DNA of 64,000 bases from Octopus vulgaris (lineage: Eukaryota): NCBI GenBank assembly GCA_951406725.2, contig OX597820.1, positions 21,266,001 through 21,330,000 on the forward strand, in the 5' to 3' direction. Shown one piece after another: positions 1-13,987 of the stretch. Position 1 is the first letter of the stretch, and every line of letters begins with the position of its first letter. The notes under the pieces are model-generated. The model ran no database searches. It had not been told where the DNA came from and worked only from the letters and a program-made list of their open reading frames with translations. The position numbers were made by a program, and so were the translations under genes.

Positions 1-328
1 TCAGGTGCAGGATGCTGCATTATTTACCTTGAGAGGACCTCTCATACAGACATATGGTACATAAAAGCAAACATATTTATGTTTATATGTATGTATGTAT
101 ATATATATATTTCTATATATATATATGTATGTGTGTATGTATGTATGTATGTATGTACATATGTATGTATGTATGTATGTATGTATGCATGTATGTATAT
201 ATGTATGTATATATATATATATATATATATACATGCACACACACACACATATATATATTCATTATATTCATACATATATACATATATGTATGTATATACA
301 TGTATATATATATATATATGTTTATATA

Positions 329-714
329 TCTCTCTCTATATAAACGGCAGTTTGTCTGTGTGTGTTTCTGTGTGTCTGTTTGGTTGTACCCTCACCCTGA
401 CCACGGCTTTCAACCGATTCTGATGAAACTTGACACACACATAGCCCAATGTCATAATTCAAAACTAACGCAGCGAAAATTTTGAAAAGTTCCCCCAGTT
501 CTGAAAAAAAATCGATAAATTCGACATGGGGTCGAGAATCAGAAACACAAACCACAGACTGTCTAGGGGACGCAACTCGACCTTTTTTAACTCTCAAAAA
601 AAAATTTACCATAATTTTTTTCCATTTTTTTGCTATTTTTTGGCTATAACTCTCTAAAAATGCTTTATAGTTATTTCCCTTACAAACCTGAGCAACGCCG
701 GGCGATACTGCTAG
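329..714 (+). mobile_element. Non-autonomous Helitron-like element
   Basis: 5' TC terminus and 3' CTAG preceded by a GC-rich subterminal motif (cctgagcaacgccgggcg). Sits between A and T with no TSD; near-identical copy at 10246-10632. Confidence 0.75.
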
Positions 715-734
715 TATATATATATATATGTATA

Positions 735-1146
735 TACTCTTTTACTCTTTTACTTGTTTCAGTCATTTGACTGCGGCCATGCTGGAGCACCACCTTTAGT
801 TGAGCAAATCGACCCCGGGACTTATTCTTTGTAAGCCCAGTACTTATTCTATCGGTCTCTTTTGCCGAACCGCTAAGTAACGGGGACGTAAACACACCAG
901 CATCGGTTGTCAAGCAATACTAGAGGGACAAACACAGACACACAAACATACACACACACATATATATATATGTACATATATACGACAGGCTTCTTTCAGT
1001 TTCCGTCTACCAAATCCACTCACAAGGCATTGGTCGGCCCGGGGCTACAGCAGAAGACACTTGCCCAAGATGCCACGCAGTGGGACTGAACCCGGAACCA
1101 TGTGGTTGGTTAGCAAGCTACTTACCACACAGCCACTCCTGCGCCT
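735..1146 (-). mobile_element. tRNA-derived SINE family A
   Basis: Head ggcgcaggagtggctgtgtggtaag..ggttcagtccc (A/B boxes), internal (TA/TG)n and tail (aaaagagt)n; about 20 copies in the window. Confidence 0.9.
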
Positions 1147-1271
1147 ATATATATATATATATACATGTAGATATATATATATATGTGTATGTATTTCTGT
1201 ATGTATGTATGTATGTATGTAAGCATGTATGTGTGTGTGCATATGACACTCTCACATGTGTAAAATTTTAC

Positions 1272-1390
1272 CTCTGGCCATGGGAATTCCTTTTAAAGCT
1301 GGAAAGTCCTTAGCGTATGTTGTTTTCGATGTTCCTCTCCGGTTATAAAAATTGTACTTATTTACACGTGCTTCAAGAATGTTCATATTT
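1272..1390 (-). CDS. Next exon of the same minus-strand gene
   Basis: Acceptor tttcattttttccAG and donor GTaaaa; 119 nt. Its phase-2 start matches the previous exon and reads (Q)NMNILEARVNKYNFYNRRGTSKTTYAKDFPALKGIPMAR, ending in phase 1. Confidence 0.7.
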
Positions 1391-1565
1391 CTGGAAAAAA
1401 TGAAATAAATGTTAAATTACAGATAATGGACAATATGTAGTAAACCATGTTAAATATGAGTTTATGCCAAACTGAAAATATATAAAACATGGTATAATAA
1501 TGATAGTCTCTTGAAGTCCAAGAAAGACGGTTCTACAATTTCTTGCTGGACAACCTGCAGAAATA

Positions 1566-2243
<678 letters not shown>

Positions 2244-2577
2244 AACCTGCAGAAATATTTTGTTTATAGTGAAGAAATATTTGTGTTTTATGTAAGCTCA
2301 CTCACTCCATCAAATCGATGTTGTCTGAATAGGTGTATGATGTACGATATGTCAGGTGTTAAAGTGATCATAAAGCAATGTGTGATGACATGTTTTGCTC
2401 AAGAACACAATGCACCAACTGGTCTAGGAATTGAAACCGCAATCTCAAGATTGTGAGTGCAACACATTAACCACTAGGCCATGCACCCACGCCTAAAATA
2501 TGTGTAATAATAAAAAGCAAACAGAAAACGATTACATAAGGAACTACATGCATAGATATTGTTCAGATATTGTTTAA

Positions 2578-2810
2578 GGCAGTGAGCTGGCAGAAGCGTT
2601 AGCACTCCGGGCAAAATGCTTAGCGGTATTTTGTCTGCCACTACGTTCTGTGTTCAAATTCTGCCGAGGTCGACTTTGCCTTTCATCCTTTCGGGGTCAA
2701 TAAATTAAGTACCAGTTACACACTGGGGTCAATGTAATCGACTTTATCCCTTTGTCTGTCCTTGTTTGTCTCCTCTATGTTTAGCCCTTTGTGGGCAATA
2801 AAGAAATAAG
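2578..2810 (+). mobile_element. tRNA-derived SINE family B
   Basis: Head ggcagtgagctggcagaa..gttcaaattc, conserved core gcctttcatcctttcggggtc and tail aaagaaataag; more than 15 copies in the window. Confidence 0.85.
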
Positions 2811-3195
2811 ATATTGTTCAAATCTTCAAGCATTTATTTAACATTGAAGAGAATTTTGGAATTACAGCTACATAATTTTCAACAGAGAGATCATCTGATA
2901 TTCTGGAACTTACCAGACCTAGTTAGAAGACATAAAAATGGAAATTGTTTTTGAGATTTGTTTCTCCTGTTTCAAGGCCTTTTTGTCCTCTTAAATCACT
3001 GACTACTCATCATTTTTAATGTTTTTATATCATTTAACCCTTTTGATACCAAATAACCTGAGATCATTCCTTGATTATGTGACACACACACAACATATTT
3101 TAAAATGATCTAAATAAAAACTTCCCATCCAAATTTCACGTTAACTTATGTTCCAAACACCAGCTTAAGAAAATCTTTTACTAAATTGTTCCTTA

Positions 3196-3812
3196 TAGTA
3201 ATCCCTTGACTGTCGTGGGTGTTACCTTCCAAAAGCCTCCCCCCCACCCAGCAGTAGGTGAAAATCAGTGATGTAGAAACAGTACTGTACTTTTTCTTTT
3301 TATTTGTTTCAGTCATTTGACTGTGACCATGCTGGAGCACCGCCTTTACTGTTGAGCAAATCGACCCCAGGACTTATTCTTTGTAAGCCTAGTACTTATT
3401 CTGTTGGTCTATTTTGCCAAACCACTAAGTTACAGTGACATAAACACACCAGCATCAGTTGTTAAGTGATGTTGGGTGGGTGGGAACAAATACAAGCACA
3501 TGAACATATACACACATACATATATATACAACAGGCTTCATTTCAGTTTCTGTCTACCAAATCCACTCACATGGCTTTGGTTGGCCTGAGGTTATAGTAG
3601 AAGACACTTGCCTAAGGTGCCACACAATGGGACTGAACCCGGAACCATGTGGTTGGTAAGCAAGCTACTTACCACACAGCCACTCCTGCACATTTTTTAA
3701 AAGTATTTTTATAATTTGTATATATTTATTTTATTATAAATGCACAGAGGAATTGATGTAAGCTTAAATAATAAACGCATTCATTGAACTGCGATATGGT
3801 GAGGCATTACTG
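3196..3812. mobile_element. TA-target MITE interrupted by a SINE
   Basis: Termini tagtaatccctt / gaggcattactg; interior is the reverse complement of the outer parts of 21203-21985. Confidence 0.65.
3295..3689 (-). mobile_element. SINE family A
   Basis: Matches 735-1146. Confidence 0.85.
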
Positions 3813-4502
3813 TATATGCAAATTAATTAAAACAGAGATAAGTGTATTTCAATAGAAATATGGAAAAAAAAAAGAGTTAATACTTTTGATACTAATTGGC
3901 ATATTTTCCTTGGTTTTATGATGAAAGCTTTTATTTTTTAAAGTGACCTAAGTTAAAGTTTACGATCAAAATTTTTTGTTAGTTTATGTTCAAAATACCA
4001 GCTTGATAATGAGAAAATTCTTCATTATGTCCAAAATTAATTGAAGCAAAAGCAGTATCATCATCATCATCATCGTTTAACAGCCAGAACATAAGGAGGT
4101 AAAGGATGATACTGAGAGTGCATGAGAAAAGAAAAGGGTGAGGGATAGGCATAGGGGATGAAATATGTTCAGTTCCATTGCCATATTTTCAGCTGCTGAT
4201 TGAGTAGTTCTGTAATCGGAAGGATGATGGAGAGGCGAGTATCAGAAAGAGGAGTTGGAGGAAGGATGGTGTCAAGAAAAGGGGTTGTAGAGGCGGGGGG
4301 AGACTCATCAGGGACTGATTGGGTGTAAGAGCATAGACATAGGTGGCATGCATGTAGGGCCCATTTTTACTTAAATGGACAATTTTTCTCAAGTGCAGCT
4401 AATTGACAATCGTGTCGATCTTATGTCACCTCCTCAATGAGGCTCAATATCTAGAGGTAACTTTTCATTACTTCATCCCATACAAAGGCTTCCATACAGT
4501 TT

Positions 4503-4735
4503 CTTATTTCTTTATTGCCCACAAGGGGCTAAACACAGAGGCGACAGACAAGGACAGACAAAGGGATTAAGTCAATTACATCGACCCCAATGCGTAACTG
4601 GTACTTAGTTTATCGACCCTGAAAAGATGAAAGGCAAAGTCGACCTCGGCGGAATTTGAACTCAGAATGTAACGGCAGACGAAATACCGCTAAGCATTTT
4701 GCCTGACGTGCTAACGATTCTTCCAGCTCACCACC
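4503..4735 (-). mobile_element. SINE family B
   Basis: Matches 2578-2810. Confidence 0.85.
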
Positions 4736-5412
4736 TTCCATACAGTTTCTGCCTACCAAATTCACTTATAAGGCATTGGTTAGCTAGAGGTTATGATAAA
4801 AGTCATTTGCACAAGTGAACCCAAAACTGAACCCAAAATCATGGGGTTGCAAAGTGAGGATTTTAACCACACAGTCATGATCTTGAAAGGGTGAAAGGCA
4901 CAGCTGACCTCTGCAAGATTTGGACTCAAAGATCAAAGAACTGGGAGAAAATACTGCAAAGCATTTTATCAATTACTCTGATGTCTCTGTCAAGTTCTCA
5001 CAAGTCTTGTGCATGGTAATAAGAACAGTGAAAAATATGGTAACCTGACTGGTGCTGCTGCCATGTAAAAAAAGCATCCAGTCCATTCTGTAAAGTGGTT
5101 AGCGTTTGGAAAGGCCTCCAGCTTTAAAAACCATGTCAAAGCAGACCTTTCCTATGCTGGTTTCATGTAATAAGTGCCAAGTTCACTCAGTAAAGTGGTT
5201 GGTGTTAGGAAGAGCATCCAGCCATAAAAACTATTATCAAACAGCCCTTGTTGGTGCTGATGCCACATAAAAAGCACCCAGTAAACACTGTAGAATGGTT
5301 GGCATCAGAAAGGACATCCAGCAGTGAAAAACCATGCCAAATTAGACAGTATAGCTTGGTGCCAGCTCGTGTCAAGCCATCTAACCCATGCCAGCATGGA
5401 AGATGGACATTG

Positions 5413-5466
5413 AATGATGGTGATGGTGATGATGCAGATGATGACGATGATGATGATGCAGATGCA

Positions 5467-5501
<35 letters not shown>

Positions 5502-5566
5502 GGATGAGGATGATGATGATGATGAGGAGGAGGAGGAGGATTAGGATGCTGATGAGGATGATGATG

Positions 5567-5606
<40 letters not shown>

Positions 5607-5705
5607 GGATGATAATGATGAGGATGAGGATGGTGATGATGTTAATGATGAAGATGATGACGACGACAATGATGAGGATGATGATGATGAGGAGGAGGAG
5701 GAAGG

Positions 5706-5744
<39 letters not shown>

Positions 5745-5850
5745 CGATGACGATGATGATGATGACGATGATGATGATGATGACGATGATGATGATGATG
5801 ATGACGATGATGATAGTGAAGACGACGACGACGACAACGGCGACAGTGAT
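5413..5850. repeat. (GAT/GAG/GAC)n microsatellite
   Basis: Seen directly; extends from an RTE tail. Confidence 0.95.
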
Positions 5851-5871
5851 TAGTAATTAAATTCGACTTAC

Positions 5872-6095
5872 TGAATAAGAAGAGCAAAGTTCTTTTCATT
5901 CCTTGCTTGGCCATCCATTACGTCAGATTGTAGTTTCTCTAATATCATGCACTGGTGTTCATTTTGAAGCTGAGATCCTAAACGACGGAACTGCATTGTT
6001 GAACAAATACTTTCCTGAGATGATGTGGGACCAAACAGACAGAAATAAAAGGCTATGACAAGGTGTTCAATTCCAGTTCGCGCCATTGGGATACA
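5872..6095 (-). CDS. Exon of an uncharacterised, possibly secreted protein (ATG at 6086)
   Basis: Pyrimidine-rich acceptor (...ttttatctacaacacAG) and GTaagt donor. Only one minus frame is open: MARTGIEHLVIAFYFCLFGPTSSQESICSTMQFRRLGSQLQNEHQCMILEKLQSDVMDGQARNEKNFALLI. The N-terminus is signal-peptide-like; the exon ends in phase 2. Confidence 0.65.
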
Positions 6096-6329
6096 CTGTG
6101 TTGTAGATAAAATAAAAGAAAAGTAGAGAAAAAAATGAAGTCATGTGGTTTAGATAGAATTATAACTTGATTAACAATATTTCCATGCATGCACACACAC
6201 ACGCACGCACACACGCACAATGCACACATACAGTTATATGTGTAAGTATCCATCTGTCTATATATATACATATGTACTCACGCATACAGAAATACATAAG
6301 TGTGTGTGTGTGTGTGTGTGTAAGGAGGG

Positions 6330-6355
6330 GGAGAGAGAGACAGACAGGTAGAAAG

Positions 6356-6392
<37 letters not shown>

Positions 6393-6433
6393 CAGACAGG
6401 CAGACAGACAGGTAGATAGATAGATTGACAGAG

Positions 6434-6484
<51 letters not shown>

Positions 6485-6519
6485 CAGACAGACAGGCAGA
6501 CAGACAGGTAGATAGATAA

Positions 6520-6564
<45 letters not shown>

Positions 6565-6689
6565 GAGACAGACAGACAGACAGGCAGACAGACAGGTAGA
6601 TAGATAGATTGACAGATAGATAGATAGATAGATAGATAGAGAGACAGACAGACAGACAGGCAGACAGACAGGTAGATAGATAGATTGAC

Positions 6690-6744
<55 letters not shown>

Positions 6745-6820
6745 AGACAGAGAGACAGACAGATAGACAGAAAGACAGACAGGCGGACAGACAGACAGAC
6801 AGGCAGATAGATGGATAGAT
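6330..6820. repeat. Compound (GATA)n/(GACA)n microsatellite
   Basis: Seen directly; shows higher-order periodicity. Confidence 0.95.
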
Positions 6821-7399
6821 ATCAGTATAGGTAGGACTGTCTGGTAAGAAGTTTGCTTTCCAACCAAATGGTTTTGTGTCCTGTCCCACTGCGTGGCACC
6901 CTGGGCAAGTGTCTTCTACTACAGCCCCAGGCTGATTGAAGCCTTAAGAGTAGAAGTAGTATACTGCAAGAAATCCATCGATAAATATGTGTAAATATAT
7001 GTATGTGTGTGTGTATGCACGAATGCATGTCTGTGTATGTGTTATTGTCAGGCAAGCGGTACAACACAATCTTTTGTAAAAACATGTCTGGTCATGGAGA
7101 AATAATACTTTGAAACAAGTAAGGGTTGGCAACAGAAAGGGCATCTGCCTCAACAAATTCCAGCTGACCCATGCAAACATAAAAAAATGGAAATGAAAAT
7201 GACGAAGAAAAGAAAGAATGATGATATGTATTTAATTATTTTAATTATTTGAAGTTTTCTTGTGAGAAAGGAGCTGGTTTCTAACAAAGATATAAAGCTC
7301 CATCATTGGATGCAGATACAAAACTAATGTGACATTCAAACTTGAGAAAAATCTTGCATATTTTTATTGTTCCACTTACAAATTGTATCTGTAATGTGT

Positions 7400-8105
7400 G
7401 AATTTCTTTTTCTGGAAACCCCAGGTTATTTCAAACTGTCATTTAGGGATTTTCTCACAAAACCATGTGCATGCACCATTTATTATTGGTATAAATGTGA
7501 ATTTATAATTTGGATATAGAAGCTGGAGGTTTTGAAGCAGTTATCCATAGTTGTTCTCTTTCTCTTTGATTTGCAAAGAGATGTTCACATCAGCAGAACA
7601 GCTGACCTCTATGTTGGAACATACATTTTCTTGTCTGTCTCACACATGAGAATCCAATCTTACACCTGCTTACACCCGACAGGTGTTTTGAGGAAAATGT
7701 TCCACCAGTATTCCTTATGTTGATGTTTGCATATATATTCAAAAGCAGGAGGATTCTCTTCATTTATTCCAGAACAATCCGTTTTCTGAATGGCATTGTA
7801 TACTGTCCTTCTGATGTCATATCACATAGGGAGACACTACATGGATGACATTTTGGGGGCAGCTGCTAATCACGTATTTGATGCCTTCCATATAAATATG
7901 ACATAATCCACAGTTTTGGTTGCATCTTGAAGTTTCTATGGCTTCATTGTCTCTTTTGTTTGTTGGGTATGTTGTAGCAATCTCTTCACCTTGGGTGGCA
8001 AATGCATAGCCTTCAAATGCTGTTTGCACTGATTCCAAGCCACTACTTCCTTCTTGTCACCTTTAGTGGAGTCTGGGATAATACATAATACCTCTAAGTC
8101 TGGCA
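7400..8105 (-). mobile_element. Decayed RLE-type non-LTR retrotransposon 3' fragment (R4/Dong-like)
   Basis: Minus translation gives EGYAFATQGEEIATTY..CGLCHIYMEGIKYVISSCP (zinc-knuckle-like), then IEVSCSADVNI..KEKENNYG (RLE-like). Confidence 0.7.
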
Positions 8106-8136
8106 TAATGCATAAATATGTATGTATATATGAACA

Positions 8137-8242
<106 letters not shown>

Positions 8243-8290
8243 TACATAAATATATATATACATACGTGTACATTTCTATATATATACACA

Positions 8291-8330
<40 letters not shown>

Positions 8331-8352
8331 TATATGTATGTATATATATATT

Positions 8353-8407
<55 letters not shown>

Positions 8408-8601
8408 ATGCATAATGATAATATTAGGGAATATGATTCCAAACTTACAGGGAAAAATTCAATTTAGTAATACAAAATCAAATTTCACAATATATATATA
8501 AATTAGAAAAAAACACCTTTTTTATTTCTAATTGAATTCATTTTCCTTGTAAGTTTGGATTTTATTCCCTCAAATAATAATAATTATATATGTATATATA
8601 C

Positions 8602-8667
<66 letters not shown>

Positions 8668-8706
8668 ATATATATATAGATACATATATATGTGTGTGTG
8701 TATGTG

Positions 8707-8776
<70 letters not shown>

Positions 8777-10005
8777 CACACACACCTATATATGTGTGTG
8801 CATGTGTGTGTGTATACATATATATACATATATATGTATGTAGATATATATATATGTATATGCATAATAATAATATTAGGAAATATGATTCCAAACTTAC
8901 AGGGAAAAATTCAATTTAGTAATACAAAATCAAATTTCACAATATATATATAAATTAAAAGAAAACACCTTTTATCAATTCAAAATGAAAAATTAAATTA
9001 CACTATCTAGAAAATTACATATAATAGAAATATTAAATATATTCATATATATATATATACATATATATATACATATATATTCATATATATATATATGAAT
9101 ACATATAGGTATATGAATAATTGTAATACATATATATATACATATATAAATATAAATATACAGAGTGAAAGAGAGAGAGAGGGGGAGAATGTGTGAGAGA
9201 GAGTATGTGTTTGAAAGAGACACAGAGATTGTGTAAGAGAGAGAGAGAGTGACAGTAATGCACTCTGGAAGGTTACTCCTGTTTAACAAAGTATTCTTAC
9301 AATGGGATGCACTTCCTTATAACCAAACGTTTCCTGTTTAACAAGTACAGGAATTTATACTCCATTACTTCAAAAGTGCTGAACTAAGAGTTGTAATGTC
9401 CGCTTAGAATGTAAACATGACAATCTTTTTGCACTCAGACTATGTTAAACGGAAATACCATTTTTCATGCATGTAGTTATACATACATGTGTATGCATAA
9501 ACAATACATAGCATATATACATGCATATATATATATATATCATCATTATCGTTTACCGTCAGTTTTCCATGCTAGCATGGGTTAGATGGTTCAAACGGGA
9601 TCTGGGAAGCCTGGAGGCTGCATCAGGCTCCAGTCTGATCTGGCAATGTTTCTACAGCTGGATGCCCTGCCTAATGCCAACCACTCCGTGAGTGTTTGTA
9701 TGTGTTCATGTGTCTATGTTTGTCCCCCCAACATCGCTTGACAACTGATGCTGGAGTGTTTACATTCCCGTAACTTAGCGGTTCAGCAAAAGAGATTAAT
9801 AGAATAACTACTAAGCTTACAAAGAATAAGTCTTGGGATCAATTTGCTCGACTAAAAGGTGGTGCTCCAGCTTGGCCACAGTCAAATGACTGAAACAAGT
9901 AAAAGAGTATATATGTGTATGCAAGTATCTATACAGGTATATATATGTAATATATTGCTATGAGTAGAATATCCATAAGTGTATACATATATACACACAC
10001 ATACA

Positions 10006-10039
<34 letters not shown>

Positions 10040-10067
10040 CATGATGATGATATATATATATATATGA

Positions 10068-10104
<37 letters not shown>

Positions 10105-10245
10105 TATCTGTATACATATATATAGTTGCAAAATTATCATTATAGGTATAAAAATACCATAAACAATTATAGAAAAAAAGGAAGAGAAAAAGATGTGGAA
10201 TCAAAATTAGTTTGATTCAACATCTTTTTCTCCTCTATTTTTCTA

Positions 10246-10632
10246 CTAGCAGTATCGCCCGGCGTTGCTCAGGTTTGTAAGGGAAATAACTATAAAGCAT
10301 TTTTAGAGAGTTATAGCCAAAAAATAGCAAAAAAATGGAAAAAAATTATGGTAAATTTTTTTTTGAGAGTAAAAAAAGGTTGAGTTGCGTCCCCTAGACA
10401 GTCTGTGGTTTGTTTGTTTTGATTCTCGACCCCATGTCGAATTTATCGATTTTTTTCAGAACTGGGGTTAACTTTTCAAAATTTTCGCTGCGTTAGTTTT
10501 GAATTATGACATTGGGCTATGTGTGTGTCAAGTTTCATCAGAATCGGTTGAAAGCCGTGGTCAGGGTGAGGGTACGAGAAAACAGACACACAGAAACACG
10601 CACAGACAAACTGCCGTTTATATATAGAGAGA
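10246..10632 (-). mobile_element. Non-autonomous Helitron-like element (inverted copy of 329-714)
   Basis: Reverse complement matches 329-714 almost throughout, with the same termini. Confidence 0.75.
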
Positions 10633-10819
10633 TAATTGATTTTGGTATATTTATACCTATAATGATATTTTGCAACTACTATTTTCATATTCTTATTACT
10701 TGCTCTAGCTGTTTTGTTTCTTTTATGAATATGATGAATCTTTATTAGAAATCATTCTTTCTCTCTTTTTGGACCTCTCAAAAACTTTGAATTTTTCTCT
10801 TTTGAACTTATTTTTTTTC

Positions 10820-10866
<47 letters not shown>

Positions 10867-10912
10867 TAACTGTATACATATATACAGTGTATATTTATAT
10901 ATATATATATAT

Positions 10913-11082
10913 AGGTGTAGGAGTGGCTGTGTTGTAAGTAGCTTGCTTACCAAACACATGGTTCTGGGTTCAGTCCCACTGGGTGGCACCTTGGGCAAGT
11001 GTCTTCTACTACCTTGAGCCGACCAAATCCTTGCAAGTGGATTTGGTAGACGGAAACTGAAAGAAGCCCATCGTATATATGC

Positions 11083-11128
<46 letters not shown>

Positions 11129-11340
11129 GTATGTGTGTGTGTATATGTATGCTGGTATATGTAACTGATGCTGGTGTGCTTACATCCCCGTAACTTAGAG
11201 GTTTGTCAAAAGAGCCTAAAAGAATAGGTACCAGGCTTACAAAGAATATGTCCCGGGGTCGATTTGTTCGACTAAAGGCTGTGCTCCAACATGGCCACAG
11301 TCAAATGACCGAAACAAGTAAAAGAGTAAAAAGAGAGTAT
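10913..11340 (+). mobile_element. SINE family A
   Basis: Matches 735-1146. Confidence 0.85.
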
Positions 11341-11429
11341 GTATATATATATATATATATCATCGTCATCTTTGTTTAACACCCAACCTCCCTGCATGCA
11401 TTGGTAGGACAGTTGACAGGAGCTGGCCA

Positions 11430-12010
11430 GGTAGAAAAACTATGCTGGATGGGTAATGTCAGTGAGCGCACATGACAGATTGTGAATGATTTAAGAGGAA
11501 AACTGGGTATAAGAGGCATCAAATGCTGTGTGCAAGAGGAGAGAAGACTGCACTGGTTTAGTCATGTAATATGCATGCATGAGGACAGCTGTGTAAAGAA
11601 GTGCCAAGCTCAAATTTTGGAGAGTACATGTGAAAGGGGTAGACCCATGATGACGAGGGATGAATAGTTGAGAAAGGACCTTATTGAGGAAATGACAAGG
11701 GACTTGGAGTTGAGGCGATTTGCTGTACTTGATAAGACACGTCAAGCTAAATAAAATCAATGTCTTTCACACATACAAGCTTGTCCTTTGAGGTGCCAGT
11801 GCCACAGAAAAGCACCAGTGCCCATGGCACATAAAAGGCACCCAGCACAGTCTGTTAAGTTGCTGGCATTAGGAAGGACATCCGGCCATAGAAACCATAC
11901 CACAACAGACAAGTGGAGCCTGGCCAGCTCTAAGTTAGCAGGCTACATGTCAAACCATCAAACCCATGCCAGCATGGAAAATGGACGTTAAACGCTGATA
12001 ATGATGATGT
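11430..12010 (+). mobile_element. Older RTE 3' fragment of the same family
   Basis: LRGKLGIRGIKCCVQEERRLHWFSHV..MHEDSCVKKC followed by the tail cccatgccagcatggaaaatggacgttaaa(gat)n. Confidence 0.75.
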
Positions 12011-12254
12011 TATATGTACATACATACATACATACATACATACATACATACATACTTACATACTTACATACATACATACATATATACATATATATAGTAC
12101 TATATTCATCTGAAATATATATATATATATTTCAGATGAATATGGTACTTAAGTTGAGGCACCAGAATTTAGTATGGTATTATCCATACAATTTTAAAAT
12201 AAGATGATTAAAATCAAAATAAGCAGCAAGGCTACCTCTGTTGCTTATTTTGAT

Positions 12255-12295
<41 letters not shown>

Positions 12296-12298
12296 ATA

Positions 12299-13548
12299 TC
12301 AGGTCATCCCATAAGTTCTGTCTGAGTTTTGAATAAAGAAAACAAGTGATCAAATGTTATATTTGATTGAAATTTAATCATCAATGTACTTTCCCTGATT
12401 ATCTATGACTTCCTTCCATCTATTTACAAACTTTTTAATCCCATCAATGTAAAACTCTTTTAGTTTCAAAGCGAAGAACTCTGAAATGTCAGTTTTGACC
12501 TCTTCCTGGCTTGTGAAAGTTATGTCCCCCAAATGATTTCGTAAACTACAAAACAAATGGTAGTCTGATGGAGCAAGGTCAGGAGAATAAGGTGGATGAG
12601 GAATTTTTTCTCAACCAAACACTTTGATCTTCTGTGATGTGATCTTTGCAGTGTGGGGTCGTGCATTGTCCTGATGAAACATCACTCCCTTTTGATTCAC
12701 TAAAGCAGGTCTTTTTTTCTTCAAAGCTTGGTTCAAATGCTGACAGTAGACTTGAGCATTGGTTGTTGCATTAGGTGGTAACAATTCAAAATGAAATATA
12801 CTCCTTTGCTATCCCACCAGATAGAGAGAAGAACCTTTTCCCCATAAAGTTCCCTTGTTGATTGTGGTTGAGCTTTTTCCCTTTTACCAAGCCACTGTTT
12901 AACATTTCGATAGAAGATCCATTTTCCATCACCAGTCACAAGTCCATCCAAAAAAGGGTGAAATGAGTTCACAAGAATGGAGAGAAGAGCAGATGTCAAC
13001 TCAAGATTTGTGGTTGCTTTGGGACAATTCACGAGGCACCAATTTTCCAAGTTTAAGAACCTTTCCAAGTTGTTGAAGATAATGATGAACAGTTGTATGG
13101 TTTGAACTAAGCTTTATTGCCAATTCTTCAACTGATAATGCAGGATTTTCTTCAAGTAATGGCTCAAGGAGCTTATCATCAAACTCAACTGGACATCCTG
13201 TTTGATCTTCATCTTCTAGGCTAAAATCTCCACTTCTTAATTTTGTAAACCATCTTCTATAAGTTCTTTCATTCAAGCATTCTTTCCCATAAACTGGCAG
13301 CAGAGTTTCCTTTTTTGTACTCATAAAGTTTTATGTGCCTCAAATGCTCTTTGAATACTTCCATGTTAGAAAGGGTTTTAATCAAAGAAATTTTAATTCT
13401 GTTATTCTGTAAAATTATATTCAATTAGTTTAAATTTTCACAAATGCATAAAAATATTTTTAAATTCTATTAGACATTCTAAAATACTATTAAATTTCAT
13501 TTAATTTAAAAAAAGGTAAAATCGGCCAGAACTTATGAGATGACCTGA
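12299..13548 (-). mobile_element. Full-length decayed mariner (DD34D) transposon
   Basis: About 1.25 kb with TIRs tcaggtcatcccataagttctg / cagaacttatgagatgacctga and TA flanks. Transposase motifs LVPREL, VTGDGKWIFY, QDNARPH and HPPYSPDLAPSDYHLF are split by frameshifts and stops. Confidence 0.92.
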
Positions 13549-13987
13549 TATATAATTAAATAAGATTCAGGGAAAAACCTTGTAGAATGCTATGCAAAGC
13601 TTATCCGCATTTATTGGCTACCTGATGTCATCCTACAGTGGGAATGCTACTGCTACAGGATATACAGCAGGAATTCCATAGTATCAGTAGAATTTATATA
13701 AATAGATAAATGATAGAAAATGGAATGAATGACATTCTTTATTTAAAATTACTATAATGTTTTTTTTCAACACATTTTTATACCTGTAATACATTGGTGA
13801 GATGCTGTGCAATCGTTATCATACATCCACTGCAGAAAATGACACATCACTTTGGGTATGAATTCTCACACTGAGTGAAATGACGGGAGGATCTTATAAA
13901 TCAAAGGACCTTATAAATAATCACCTGATGATGTGGATCTTACACCTTGCATGTATGGAAATGATTACACAGTATCTCACCTGTGTA

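Larger units (their letters stand above)
3038..3876. mobile_element. TTAA-flanked (piggyBac-type) MITE split by nested insertions
   Basis: TTAA-ccctttt start and aaagag-TTAA end; the two halves resemble the reverse of the elements at 50655-51126. Confidence 0.55.

Noticed and set aside
28-38. Possible 11-nt minus micro-exon (GPLK) before a GTaaat donor
   Set aside because: Phase-compatible with exon 1272-1390, but the acceptor is weak and it is too short to support.
13784-13829. Apparent 46-nt minus exon (WMYDNDCTASHQCIT) with AG/GT
   Set aside because: It is one arm of an inverted repeat (13790-13826 vs 13951-13987), so more likely a MITE remnant.
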